Source: Myxococcota bacterium
GTDB lineage: Bacteria > Myxococcota_A > Polyangia > JAAYKL01
NCBI GenBank assembly: GCA_030065855.1
Contig: JASJCT010000015.1
Location: 16,724-80,723 of the forward strand
Direction: 5' to 3'
DNA length: 64,000 bases
How positions within the stretch are numbered: the first letter of the stretch is position 1; each line of letters opens with the position of its first letter. The translations under genes and the position numbers were made by a program. The notes beneath the pieces are model-generated. The model saw nothing but the letters and a program-made list of their open reading frames with translations, had not been told where the DNA came from and ran no database searches. Positions 9,388 through 18,947 of the stretch are shown here, one piece after another.

Positions 9388-10713
9388 CTACTTTGACCAA
9401 CGAATCGTGTCCGCACCGCCCTTGACCGTGAGGTTCTGGTTGAGCCCCTCTGGATTTGAAATGTGGATACCCCCGCGAGAGGACCAGAACGCGACGGCCC
9501 GGCAGTCCGGGGCAAACGCGGGATCCATGTTCCGCCCCTGGCGCTGGGTAAGGCGCCTAATCTGACCTGATCCAGCATCGACCGTAAAGACATCGTAGGT
9601 GCCGCCATCGCGACCGGTAAACGCGATGAGATTCGATCCAGGGCGCTGACACCAGTTGGGCGTCTGGTTATAAGCCCCCTTGAAGGTGACACGCTTGGCA
9701 CCACCTCCGCCAGCGCCCATTACAAAAATCTGGGGCGACCCGTGGCGATCAGAGACAAACGCAATCTTTGACCCATCTGGGCTCCAGGTCGGTGACACGT
9801 CTATGGCGCCCGAGCTCGTTACGCGCCGAAGTCCTGACCCACTCGCGCTGCCGACATAAATCTCTGGATTGCCGTCCTTGGACAGCACCACAGCCATCTT
9901 GCCGCCGTGAAATGCCGCGCCCATGTTGAGCCCCCGTTCGGCAAGCACGGGCTTGCGCTGCCCAGTGCGATAGAGATAGGGAAACCCTTCGACAAACGAT
10001 GTATAGAAAATAGCACCGCCTGGCCCCCACGCTGGCAGCAGATTGATGGAATTGTTTTTGGTGACCCGACCCACACCTCCACCGGTCCAGTCAGCCGTGT
10101 AGATATGCTTGGACCCCGGGCCGATCCTTCTGGAAAACAATAGGCGCGTGCCAAAGACACCGTCCTCCCCAGTGAAATAGCCGATGACTTTGTTTATCCA
10201 CTTGTGAACCATCAACTTGAGGTCGTCCCGGCTGCCGTTGAACTTTTTCTGGAGCACTGGCTTTTCACCCCGAGCCACCTCGAATAGCTTGAACTCGAGG
10301 GTCAATCGACCGCCAGATGCCGTCACTTTGCACTTGCTAACCCCTTGGGCGCCGACTTGGATCCAGGGGTCTTTTTGGATCGACATGCCCTCAGCTGCCA
10401 GATCTGCCAAGTATGATTTGGGATCAACAACTTTAAAAAGACTAGAAAGTTTCAAGTCTGTGGATTCTACTTTCTGGATTTCTCGGGCCGCGCTTGGCGA
10501 GCCAAGGGGCAGGGGAATGGCGATCTTGTACAAATCCCGAATGCCGCCCCAGAGTTCCAGTTCCAGTGGTGCGTTCTCAGAGATGCGGGGCAGGCTTTCC
10601 TCGGCCTGAGACTTATCTGTCTTTGCCTTTTGAGACTGGGCTTGGAATGGCGCAAAAATACATAAGAGCAGCACCGCAACCAGGGTTCCTAATGTAATCG
10701 CCGTCGCTTTCAT
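9388..10713 (-). CDS. tolB: Tol-Pal system beta-propeller protein TolB
   Basis: Signal peptide, then an N-terminal TolB domain, then repeated propeller blades (PAWGPGG..., SPTWSPDGSKIAFVSDRHGSPQIFVM, DPAFAPDCRAVAFWSSR). GAGGTG RBS upstream. Confidence 0.85.
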   Translation of the reverse strand: MKATAITLGTLVAVLLLCIFAPFQAQSQKAKTDKSQAEESLPRISENAPLELELWGGIRDLYKIAIPLPLGSPSAAREIQKVESTDLKLSSLFKVVDPKSYLADLAAEGMSIQKDPWIQVGAQGVSKCKVTASGGRLTLEFKLFEVARGEKPVLQKKFNGSRDDLKLMVHKWINKVIGYFTGEDGVFGTRLLFSRRIGPGSKHIYTADWTGGGVGRVTKNNSINLLPAWGPGGAIFYTSFVEGFPYLYRTGQRKPVLAERGLNMGAAFHGGKMAVVLSKDGNPEIYVGSASGSGLRRVTSSGAIDVSPTWSPDGSKIAFVSDRHGSPQIFVMGAGGGGAKRVTFKGAYNQTPNWCQRPGSNLIAFTGRDGGTYDVFTVDAGSGQIRRLTQRQGRNMDPAFAPDCRAVAFWSSRGGIHISNPEGLNQNLTVKGGADTIRWSK

Positions 10714-10812
10714 TCTTCACCTCGTATTTAAGATACTTTTCACTTTGCCTAAAATATTTAGACACCACAGGCGGAGATACTATTTACGATGTACCCAAGA
10801 CAATGCCTCGGC

Positions 10813-11619
10813 CTACTCATACGGGCTGTCCTGACCGCGCAGATTGATGACAATGCCTCCCCCAAACACGCGGGGGGCAATTGCTTCCGGCGGTGCCGGG
10901 AGGTTGCGCACCTCAATCCTAACTTTGTCAACCGCGTTTTGGATGGCGTCATCGTACAAGGCATTACCGGACTTTTTTATAAACTTAAAAGAAACGATTG
11001 TCATATCGATATCAAATTTTAGGTGAATCTTTGCTTTCAGCTTGTTTTTTTGAGCTTCGGAAATCAACGTAGGCACCATGAGGCGCTCTTGGATGAGGCG
11101 CGTGATCCTTCTGCCATAGGTGGCGCCCATGGATGCCAGGGCCGGATCTGTAACGTCTCCATCTGGCACGCCATCTGGATGCCCCTCGGGCACGAAGTCG
11201 TCTTGTATCTCGGCAAATGCCCGGGCTTTGTCGAACACTTGTCGCAGTTTCTCGTCGGTCACCGCTCCTCTTTGGCGCGCGGGCTTTTTGGGTTTGGCTG
11301 GTGGTTCTGCTTTGTTTTCATTTCGGTCAAGGGGGAGGGTCTCTTCCGGGGCTGTGGGCAAGGCCGGGACAATGCGGTCTGGCAGGGCCTCCTTGTCTTT
11401 GATTTCACCCCATTTCAATAGGCGCGCCTCTACGTACTCAAAGGGTTCGCCACGCCCACCGGAATCGTCGCCAAACGATCCAGCTGCTGCGGCCAGCTTT
11501 GGCAGTGCAACCAGAAACATCCCGAGGAGTACAACGCTGACCACAGCGCCGACAAAGGCCACTGGATCTGCAGGCCGCGTCATGTTGAATACTTCAACCG
11601 GTTTTTCGCCCAACTGCAT
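10813..11619 (-). CDS. TolA/TonB-family envelope protein (start uncertain)
   Basis: Single N-terminal TM (AFVGAVVSVVLLGMFLVAL), a Pro/Lys/Glu-rich linker, and a C-terminal TonB_C/TolA-III-like domain (KIHLKFDIDMTIVSFKFIKKSGNALYDDAIQNAV). It lies directly upstream of tolB on the same strand. In-frame starts also exist at 11748, 11670 and 11583. Confidence 0.6.
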   Translation of the reverse strand: MQLGEKPVEVFNMTRPADPVAFVGAVVSVVLLGMFLVALPKLAAAAGSFGDDSGGRGEPFEYVEARLLKWGEIKDKEALPDRIVPALPTAPEETLPLDRNENKAEPPAKPKKPARQRGAVTDEKLRQVFDKARAFAEIQDDFVPEGHPDGVPDGDVTDPALASMGATYGRRITRLIQERLMVPTLISEAQKNKLKAKIHLKFDIDMTIVSFKFIKKSGNALYDDAIQNAVDKVRIEVRNLPAPPEAIAPRVFGGGIVINLRGQDSPYE

Positions 11620-11749
11620 AAACCCATTCTCACGCAGCTCCTCACTTAAAATCAAGTAGCTTGCACCCATTACTTGGCAGAATTTGTTGATAGCCCCTTC
11701 ATATCGACAAAAAAGCTTGCTAGAGTTCACTTGGGTTTGGAGGCTCATT

Positions 11750-12292
11750 GTGGCAGGATCGATTCAAAGGACAGGCTTACACGCCATAGCAATCGTCGCA
11801 GCATCAGCGGCCATCGCCATCGTGACGAATTTACTTCGAGCAGACGGCATTCCCCTGGTAACGGATATTCCATATGAAATCTTTGCACCGTGCAAGGATT
11901 CCGAGGTCGAATCCGAACAGGTACGACCGGACGAGCTTTCGAAAACCGGGGAGCAAACCATTCTGTACGTGGATGCCAGGCCACCGGAAATATACGAGAA
12001 GGAACACGTTCAAGGCGCCATCAACGTGCCCTACTCTGCCCTGTTCGGCGCTGACCAGAAGGACATCGACAGGGTTATCGAGGCCGTAAAACAAAAAAAA
12101 CCGACGTCGGTTATTGTTTATGGCGCGTACGCTGATCCATCATCTCCTGAAACAAAAGTGGACTTTGGCAAACCCCTGGCCCAACAGTTGGTCGAGGCAA
12201 CCATCTCAGGCGTACGACATGTCGAAGGGGGCCTTGACGCATTGAACAAAGCGGGCATTGCCACCGTCAAAGCAAACGGAGATAGCCAATGA
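11750..12292 (+). CDS. membrane-anchored rhodanese-domain protein
   Basis: GTG at 11750 has GGAGG 6-7 nt upstream. An N-terminal TM helix is followed by a rhodanese fold (ILYVDARPPEIYEKEHVQGAINVP). The usual active-site Cys loop is not obvious, so it may be a non-catalytic rhodanese. Confidence 0.65.
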   Translation: MAGSIQRTGLHAIAIVAASAAIAIVTNLLRADGIPLVTDIPYEIFAPCKDSEVESEQVRPDELSKTGEQTILYVDARPPEIYEKEHVQGAINVPYSALFGADQKDIDRVIEAVKQKKPTSVIVYGAYADPSSPETKVDFGKPLAQQLVEATISGVRHVEGGLDALNKAGIATVKANGDSQ

Positions 12293-12768
12293 ACAATGCG
12301 CGCCTGGAAATACCAAAGGATGTCCTCAGCGTGGGCTGCCGTTTGCTACTCGCAATAACCTTCATTTGGGCGTGCATTTACAAAATCGCCTATCCCTACG
12401 ATTTTGCGCTTCAGGTGGCCACCTATCAAATCCTGCCGCTATCCCTGGTCAACCTGCAGGCGATCATCCTACCCTGGGCCGAGCTGGTCGTAGGCGTCGT
12501 GCTCGTCGTTGGATGGTGGACGCGGGGCGCTGCCCTTGTGACCTGTGGCATGAACGTCATGTTTATCACAGCCATCGCCCTGGCACTCAGTGCGGATCTT
12601 CAACTCCAGTGCGGCTGTTTTTCATCATCTGAAGTCGGTGATCAGCTAAATGCTGGCCTGATTATTCGGGACATCGGGCTACTACTGGCCGGTCTTTTTC
12701 TAGTGGTTATCAGACCAGATAGGTTGACCCTGGATCGCTGGTTCGAAAGGAGAAGTAAACATGCATAG
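12289..12768 (+). CDS. MauE/DoxX-family membrane protein
   Basis: 159 aa with four hydrophobic helices and the family-typical CGCF motif (LQCGCFSS). Its start overlaps the rhodanese stop (ATGA). Confidence 0.65.
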   Translation: MNNARLEIPKDVLSVGCRLLLAITFIWACIYKIAYPYDFALQVATYQILPLSLVNLQAIILPWAELVVGVVLVVGWWTRGAALVTCGMNVMFITAIALALSADLQLQCGCFSSSEVGDQLNAGLIIRDIGLLLAGLFLVVIRPDRLTLDRWFERRSKHA

Positions 12769-13627
12769 TAAAAATCTATTTATCGGGTTGATGGTCGCCG
12801 TTGTGATGGGTGTATCGACAGCTGTTGCTGCAGCAGATATTGCCTGGGACAAGATCATCGGCATCGATCTTAAAAAACTGACCCCTGAGCATAAAAAGCA
12901 GACCGCGCAGCATCTCAACAAATTCGCCAACACGCGGGGGTGTAGCGGCAGTATCGCCCAATGCATGGCCCAAGGAGATATGACAGCCCGGCGGCACGCT
13001 GGCTATGTTGCACGCATGGTTCGCAAGGGCAAGTCAGGAGATTTCATCAAGGCCGGTATTGACCTGCGACACAAATCCGCCTTTCCCTCGGAGACATTTA
13101 ATATTGACCTCTCAGATCATCCGGTTGTGGGTGGCAAGAACCCCAAGGTCGTCGTTGTGGAATACGCTTGCTTTCAGTGCCCGTTTTGCGCCCACGTGGC
13201 ACCCCAACTAAAAAACCTAAAGACTCGGTTTGGAGATAAGGTCGCGCATTATTTCAAGCTCTTTCCCGTGCGAAGCCACAATCGGGGCGTCGCGTCAGCC
13301 TTGGCAGGCGTGGCAGCATATCGCCAGGGAAAATTCTGGGAGATGGCTGAGATCATGTTTGCCAAGCGCACGAACCTGGATGACCCAGACCTGTTGAAAT
13401 ACGCCAAGAAAGTGGGCCTGGACATTGCCAAATTCCAAGCAGACATCAAGGACAGGGGCGCCATGCGCTACATAGAAAAGGATAAGCTCGAAGGCATGCG
13501 GTTTGGCGTAGAAGGGACGCCCACGTTTTTCGTCAATGGAAAGGCGTACTTAGGAACACAAGACTATACTGAGATCGCAGACCGAATCGCCGAAGAGTTG
13601 GATATCGTCGAGGGCAGAATCAAGTAA
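12761..13627 (+). CDS. DsbA-family thiol:disulfide oxidoreductase (Thioredoxin_4-like)
   Basis: Signal peptide and CxxC active site in thioredoxin context (VVVEYACFQCPFCAH). The C-terminal GTPTFFVNG is typical of DsbA-like proteins. It overlaps the preceding gene by 8 nt. Confidence 0.8.
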   Translation: MHSKNLFIGLMVAVVMGVSTAVAAADIAWDKIIGIDLKKLTPEHKKQTAQHLNKFANTRGCSGSIAQCMAQGDMTARRHAGYVARMVRKGKSGDFIKAGIDLRHKSAFPSETFNIDLSDHPVVGGKNPKVVVVEYACFQCPFCAHVAPQLKNLKTRFGDKVAHYFKLFPVRSHNRGVASALAGVAAYRQGKFWEMAEIMFAKRTNLDDPDLLKYAKKVGLDIAKFQADIKDRGAMRYIEKDKLEGMRFGVEGTPTFFVNGKAYLGTQDYTEIADRIAEELDIVEGRIK

Positions 13628-13654
13628 TCCTATCCCTCCCCCATCGAGCTTGCC

Positions 13655-16351
13655 TTACCTCGCCAGGCGCCGACACTCCCGTACATACAATGCGGGTCCA
13701 GAGCACGCCGCACATTTCTTGTATGCTGCTCTTGATTCAGCAGCGCGTCCCTCCAGCTGGTGAATGTATCCAATGGAGAGCCAGGCCATGGCATTTTCAG
13801 GATTCGCAGTCACGGCGCGGGTTGCCAGGGAGAAGGCCTCGGATCGAGTCGATTTGTTTTCCATGAGTTTCGTGGCGAGCAGTGCAAGTGCCTGATCTCC
13901 ACTGGGGTTTGCAGCAATAGCCTGGCGCAGGTATTTTCTTTGTGCTGGGCCGCCTGATTTTTTTGCCTTGGCAAGCGCGGCTTCGTATTCACTGACTGCC
14001 TTTTTGCCTTCTTCTGGGGGTGTTGTAGATGGATTTTCCACCTGGTTCTTCGGGCTGACGGAATCCCCTAAATCCCCTTTTTCAAGTGGGACTTGCGAAT
14101 GCTCCCCTTTTGAAAAAGAGGGTTGGGGGGATTTTGACGGGACGTTTACAACAGCTTCCTCGGTGCCAGGGGTAGCAATGTCAGGCACCTCATCGGCTGA
14201 GGGAACAGGAGCAGGCGTTTCCTGGGCAGTATCGGGCAGCGGTTTTTTAGCGTCCTCTTCTGCGTGCTCTGTATGCTGGGATGCCGGGCGGATAGCCTCA
14301 ACGTCTTGGGATTGCTGGGAAGCGGCGATATTGATGTTGGTAGCGTCTGTTGCACCGCGGTCTGGGCTGGGTGGTGCGGCAACATGCCCAACCTCAGTGG
14401 TCTGCCAAATGATGTACCCCAGGATGGCGATCAGGGTGACTGCCAGGGCCAACGAAAGGGCAATTTTTCTACTTCGCTTGGCATCTGGTGCGGTCGCGTG
14501 TTCTGGGAAATCAGACCCCAGTGCGTTGCTTTCGCCGTCGTCGGTCAGCATGGACCCCAGCCTGACAGATTTGCTAGATGGGGAAGTGGATCCCTCAGGT
14601 TTGACCTGAGGAAATGCGCCATCCTGGTCCGCAAGATCACCCGCATCCCGGTCGTTAGGGCCGGGGGGTGGGGCTTGGGCATCGAGGGCCGCGGCAATCT
14701 TGGCTGCCTCGTCCTGCTGGGTATCTAAAGGATCGGGCAGCACCGATGGTTCCCCCCCATCGCCGATTTGCCCGACTGGCGGTGGTGGCAACGTGGTTCC
14801 CGCGCGCAATAGCGGTCTTTCCGCAGGGGTAGATGGGGCAGCGGGAAGTGGCGGTGGGTTTGTTGGAAAGGGCGTATCCCGGTCCTCGCGATCTTCAAGG
14901 GTCGATACTGGCTGTTCCTGCTCGGATTTGGATTCGGAGTCGGATTCGGATTCGGATTCGGATAGATCCTCTGGGAGCACATCGGCGAGTATGGGTTGTC
15001 CTTTTATGGTTTGCCCAGATACGTCTTCGCTCGGCAGAGGCGGGGGGACACTGCTGGACGCACCAGGCGAATCTGATACCGAATTGGATACCGGTGATGC
15101 CGGGTGTTGTGTCAACGCCTCGAGGTATGCGGAGCGCCGCACAGCAATCGATAACCTGGGCGCCACGCTGTGTTCCAAGTCCGGTGGTTTCATCCGCTGG
15201 GTACTTGTAACAGGCGGGGTGAGGTCGTCTTCTGGCCCGAGGGGTATCAGGGGTACTTCGGCTTCTGATGCCGCCCCCGCCACCACGTTGGGTGCGTCCC
15301 CGTGGGGTGAGAGAAGGCTCTCTCCGACCCGGTGGATTTGAATCTCCCCTTCGCTGTCGCCGGTGCCGCCCACAATCGCGGCCGCATCGCTGACCCGTTG
15401 CCCCAGCTGGGGTGATGTTTCGGTAATGAGCCCTTCAAAATAGAGCTTGGTGATAATGGATAACGCTTCCAAGTCGCCAAACGAGCACCTATCGACGACT
15501 TCCATGAGGGTGTTGCGGCTGTTGAAATGCTTGAGAATGTCGTTTACCTCATCTGGTATCTCGCCGATTCTGTCGACGAGAACATCCCCATCGACATCAA
15601 AAATCGAGGTAAGTGGCGGTAGCTGTTCTTGCAGCCGTCCCCATTCATCCAGGCGGCGCATGCCTTCCATCAACAACCCTTGGGTTGTCAATTCGATCCT
15701 GTCCTCGCGTTCGATATTGCGAAACTCGATTTCAAACGTGCCCTCTGACCACACGAGCATGCGGTAGACCGCGTCTGCTGCCTGGCGATGGCGGGTCACC
15801 GCATCGACGACTTTTCCCTCGCTAAAGTAGATCTCCCCCTCGTCATCCTCTCGAGCCAGGTGGATAACGCCAGATTTCCTACTGAAATCAATGGTCTGGA
15901 TGAGATCGACCACGCCCATGTCCATGAGATTTCCGGAAAATTTCGTTTTGGATCCCCGGCGCTCCAGGCGTTCTTTCTGGCGCCGCTGAAGGGCCAGGCT
16001 GACCCTGGCAAGAATCTCGCGAATAAAAATCGGCTTTGTCAGGTAATCATCGACACCCAATTCCAGGCCGCGAATTTTGTCTTCAATAGATTTTTGCGCT
16101 GTTAGAAAAATGAACGGGATACTCCCCCACTCATCGTTTTCCTTTAACTTCGTGCACAGCTCAAACCCGTCCATTTCGGGCATATTGGTATCTGAGATCA
16201 CGAGATCTGGTGTTGAAATACGCGTCTTTTCCAGGGCATCTGCCCCGTTGACAGCTTTGGTAACGCTAAATCCCGCCTTTTTGAGGCTGACCTCCAGGAC
16301 CCTTTGGCTTTTTGGGTCCGCATCGACTATCAATATATTTTGTTTTGCCAA
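13655..16351 (-). CDS. response regulator receiver + DUF4388 + Pro-rich linker + TM + TPR protein
   Basis: REC domain ([24 protein letters not shown]) and a DUF4388-like segment ([26 protein letters not shown]). A ~450-aa Pro/Ser/Asp-rich disordered region follows, then one TM ([20 protein letters not shown]). The C-terminus has TPR-like helices. Confidence 0.8.
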   Translation of the reverse strand: MAKQNILIVDADPKSQRVLEVSLKKAGFSVTKAVNGADALEKTRISTPDLVISDTNMPEMDGFELCTKLKENDEWGSIPFIFLTAQKSIEDKIRGLELGVDDYLTKPIFIREILARVSLALQRRQKERLERRGSKTKFSGNLMDMGVVDLIQTIDFSRKSGVIHLAREDDEGEIYFSEGKVVDAVTRHRQAADAVYRMLVWSEGTFEIEFRNIEREDRIELTTQGLLMEGMRRLDEWGRLQEQLPPLTSIFDVDGDVLVDRIGEIPDEVNDILKHFNSRNTLMEVVDRCSFGDLEALSIITKLYFEGLITETSPQLGQRVSDAAAIVGGTGDSEGEIQIHRVGESLLSPHGDAPNVVAGAASEAEVPLIPLGPEDDLTPPVTSTQRMKPPDLEHSVAPRLSIAVRRSAYLEALTQHPASPVSNSVSDSPGASSSVPPPLPSEDVSGQTIKGQPILADVLPEDLSESESESDSESKSEQEQPVSTLEDREDRDTPFPTNPPPLPAAPSTPAERPLLRAGTTLPPPPVGQIGDGGEPSVLPDPLDTQQDEAAKIAAALDAQAPPPGPNDRDAGDLADQDGAFPQVKPEGSTSPSSKSVRLGSMLTDDGESNALGSDFPEHATAPDAKRSRKIALSLALAVTLIAILGYIIWQTTEVGHVAAPPSPDRGATDATNINIAASQQSQDVEAIRPASQHTEHAEEDAKKPLPDTAQETPAPVPSADEVPDIATPGTEEAVVNVPSKSPQPSFSKGEHSQVPLEKGDLGDSVSPKNQVENPSTTPPEEGKKAVSEYEAALAKAKKSGGPAQRKYLRQAIAANPSGDQALALLATKLMENKSTRSEAFSLATRAVTANPENAMAWLSIGYIHQLEGRAAESRAAYKKCAACSGPALYVRECRRLAR

Positions 16352-16539
16352 TGCCTTACCCGTGCGTAATTTTATACAAGAGAACTAAAGAAATCTTTAT
16401 TGGATACATCGCTCTTGTCAAGGAACTCGCTAAAAGTCCTACAAAAGCGCTTGACTTCGATAATCGCTCTCTAGTACCGATATTAGTGGAAAGATAAAAG
16501 ATCGAGATAGCGCTGCATGATGTAAGGGAGGAAAAAGCC

Positions 16540-16932
16540 GTGAGAAAGTTCGCAGTAACAGTTTGGATAATGCTCGTGTGCTGCGCCTATTTGGGCTGTG
16601 ATGAGGAATTTGGCATCAAGGACGTATCGCCTGCGGTGGGCGTGCTGGGCGGCGGTGAGCCGGTCACGATACGGGGTTCGGGATTCAATCCCAATCTCGG
16701 TCTCACCGTATATTTTGGTAATCAAAAGGCAGATAATGTCGTTGTCAGCAGTGTGAACAAGCTCACCGTGACCACCCCGTCCTCTCCAAAACCTACGGTT
16801 GTGGATGTACGGGTGGCCACCGATGACGGTAAGGAATACCTCATCAGGCGGGGATTTCGATATATCGAAAAAGCTGCCATGGACATTCGGGATCTCGGCA
16901 AGCGCCGGAGTCAACGAGACAAGCCCGAATAG
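16540..16932 (+). CDS. IPT/TIG-domain lipoprotein
   Basis: GTG start with GGGAGG upstream and lipobox AYLGC. The IPT/TIG pattern is ISPAVGVLGGGEPVTIRGSGF...VYFGNQKADNVVVSSVNKLTVTTP. Confidence 0.7.
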   Translation: MRKFAVTVWIMLVCCAYLGCDEEFGIKDVSPAVGVLGGGEPVTIRGSGFNPNLGLTVYFGNQKADNVVVSSVNKLTVTTPSSPKPTVVDVRVATDDGKEYLIRRGFRYIEKAAMDIRDLGKRRSQRDKPE

Positions 16933-16958
16933 TGTCTACCACAGCGGTGCAGCAGGTG

Positions 16959-17858
16959 CTATGCCCGCACGCAGTTTCTACCTTCGGCTTTGGCCTTGTA
17001 GAGGGCTTTGTCTGATCGCTTGATAAAATTCAACGGTGTGATGGCGCAATCATCCATGCTGGCCACGCCGACGCTCACGGTGATGGGAATCTCCTCTCCC
17101 TCGAAAATGAATGTATGAGAGGCGATGCGCCGTCTCAGCTGCTCGGCGAGCTCTATGGCACCGTCTTTCGAGGTTTCAGGCAGCAAAATGACGAATTCCT
17201 CCCCACCGTATCGCGCAAACACCTCTTCGCGGCGGGATCTGGCAGATACGAGCGTGGCCAAAATCTGGAGCACGTGATCTCCAGCAAGATGACCAAAGGT
17301 ATCGTTGACCGATTTGAAGCGGTCAATATCGAACAGTAAAATCGACAACTCGCGTTCGTATCGCTTTGCCCTGGACATCTCCCGTTCCAGTGCCTCCATA
17401 AAGTACCGTTTGTTGTAAATATCGGTCAGGCCGTCCTTGATGGTCATCTGGTAGATTTCTTCGTAGTATTCTGATTCCACGTCACTGCCGACGAGATACT
17501 TGAAAATCGTATCGCCTATCTTAATTTGGTCCCCATTCCTCAAGAATCTAGATAGGATCGGCTCGTTATTAACGTAAGTGCCGTTCGTGCTCTGCAGATC
17601 CGTGATCAGTCGCCTGCCAGATTCCATGGCCAGCCGCGCATGACGCCTTGACACAGGATCGCTGTTAATGACGATATGGTTTGACGGATCCCGACCGATA
17701 TTGGCGACCTTGCCCTTGAGCTCGAATTTGCGTCCCATATCCGGACGGGGGGGATAAATCATGACCAGCGCATCCTCGGTGGATTTTTGCGGGATGAAGC
17801 TAAAGCCGTCTGTAACGCGTGTATTTTCGGGATCGTCTCGCCGGTCCATCCCATGCAC
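16959..17858 (-). CDS. FHA-domain diguanylate cyclase (FHA-GGDEF)
   Basis: FHA motifs (IGRDPSNHIVINSDPVSRRHARL, TNGTYVN) are followed by a GGDEF domain with an intact RYGGEEF site. Confidence 0.9.
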   Translation of the reverse strand: MHGMDRRDDPENTRVTDGFSFIPQKSTEDALVMIYPPRPDMGRKFELKGKVANIGRDPSNHIVINSDPVSRRHARLAMESGRRLITDLQSTNGTYVNNEPILSRFLRNGDQIKIGDTIFKYLVGSDVESEYYEEIYQMTIKDGLTDIYNKRYFMEALEREMSRAKRYERELSILLFDIDRFKSVNDTFGHLAGDHVLQILATLVSARSRREEVFARYGGEEFVILLPETSKDGAIELAEQLRRRIASHTFIFEGEEIPITVSVGVASMDDCAITPLNFIKRSDKALYKAKAEGRNCVRA

Positions 17859-17915
17859 CCCGTTGTTGACGTAACTATCAATTTCTAACTAAAAACTTAT
17901 CATATATATCGGTAT

Positions 17916-18932
17916 ATGAACAACCAACGCGAGGGTCAAACAAGGAGCAAACGCGTTTTAACGTCCGATACACTTCCCGCTGAGTGGGCTTTTCTCAGCC
18001 CACTTGCATGGCAACTGGGCTTTGTCGCAATAGGTGCGGTATCGACCGGTACCGTCCCTCAAAGAAGTGCTGCCCACTACGAGGCCTATATTGCCAGTGG
18101 GTACCATGCAGACATGGCCTACCTCGCGCGACATCGAGAGCAGCGCTGCGATCTGCATCACCCAGGTATCTTGCGGGGTGCTACCGCGCTCATTGTGGCG
18201 GCATTGCCATATGCAAATGGTGCGACGTCCGCTGGATTTTGGAAATATGTGTCATCCAGTGCAAGAGGTATCGACTACCACACGACCGTGCGTGAGCGAT
18301 TAACCGTTATCGCTCATAGCATTAAAGACCGGTTTCCCAAGGCCAAATGCCGGGTGTTTGTGGATACCGCGCCTGTGATGGAGCGGACCTGGGCACTCCT
18401 CAGTGGCATTGGTCACATTGGCAAGAGCGGCATGCTCATCGTACCTGAAATAGGACCCCGCGTGGTGATCGGCGAGATCATATGCGCTGGCACGCCGACG
18501 ATACCGGTACAACAGGTAGCTCAGCCATATGAAGTTTGCGGCAATTGTACGGATTGTATGGATGCCTGCCCAACCCGGGCCATCTTATCCCCTGGGACCG
18601 TAGACAGTGCGCGGTGCCTTTCCTATTGGACCATCGAAAGCCGAGCGCCGCATATACCGACCCACATTGCCGAGCACATGACCGGGATGTTTGGTTGCGA
18701 TCAGTGCGCAACAGTCTGTCCGTGGGACAATCCAACCACTGCATCTGCCCTTGATCCACCACCAGACCCGGCAGCTGGCAAGGTCGCATCGATTGAAGAC
18801 ATCGCCACAATGGACGATCACATTCTCGAACAACACATCCTCGGCACAGCACTCTACCGCACTGGGATGCCCACAATCCGGCGCAACGCAAAAGCGATGT
18901 ACAAGAACCTCAAGGGATTTTTAACAGAATGA
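17916..18932 (+). CDS. queG: tRNA epoxyqueuosine(34) reductase
   Basis: QueG-like N-terminal domain (YIASGYHADMAYLARH) and two ferredoxin-type clusters (CGNCTDCMDACP, CDQCATVCPWD). Size is appropriate. Confidence 0.8.
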   Translation: MNNQREGQTRSKRVLTSDTLPAEWAFLSPLAWQLGFVAIGAVSTGTVPQRSAAHYEAYIASGYHADMAYLARHREQRCDLHHPGILRGATALIVAALPYANGATSAGFWKYVSSSARGIDYHTTVRERLTVIAHSIKDRFPKAKCRVFVDTAPVMERTWALLSGIGHIGKSGMLIVPEIGPRVVIGEIICAGTPTIPVQQVAQPYEVCGNCTDCMDACPTRAILSPGTVDSARCLSYWTIESRAPHIPTHIAEHMTGMFGCDQCATVCPWDNPTTASALDPPPDPAAGKVASIEDIATMDDHILEQHILGTALYRTGMPTIRRNAKAMYKNLKGFLTE

Positions 18933-18947
18933 GATACACTGCCTGTC

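Noticed and set aside
9388-11748. Incomplete Tol-Pal cluster (no tolQ, tolR or pal next to the TolA-like gene and tolB) as an anomaly.
   Set aside because: Split Tol-Pal loci are common outside enterobacteria. The missing genes are probably elsewhere in the genome, so this is not evidence of anything unusual.
14700-15341. 213-aa plus-strand ORF (and similar ones at 13968-14609 and 14264-14728) antisense to the response-regulator gene.
   Set aside because: These are Gly/Ser/Arg-rich shadow frames of a GC-rich, low-complexity coding region. The minus-strand gene has clear domain motifs.
16352-16539. TTGACT-containing stretch upstream of the IPT/TIG gene as a promoter.
   Set aside because: No acceptable -10 hexamer lies at 16-19 nt spacing, so it is too weak to report.
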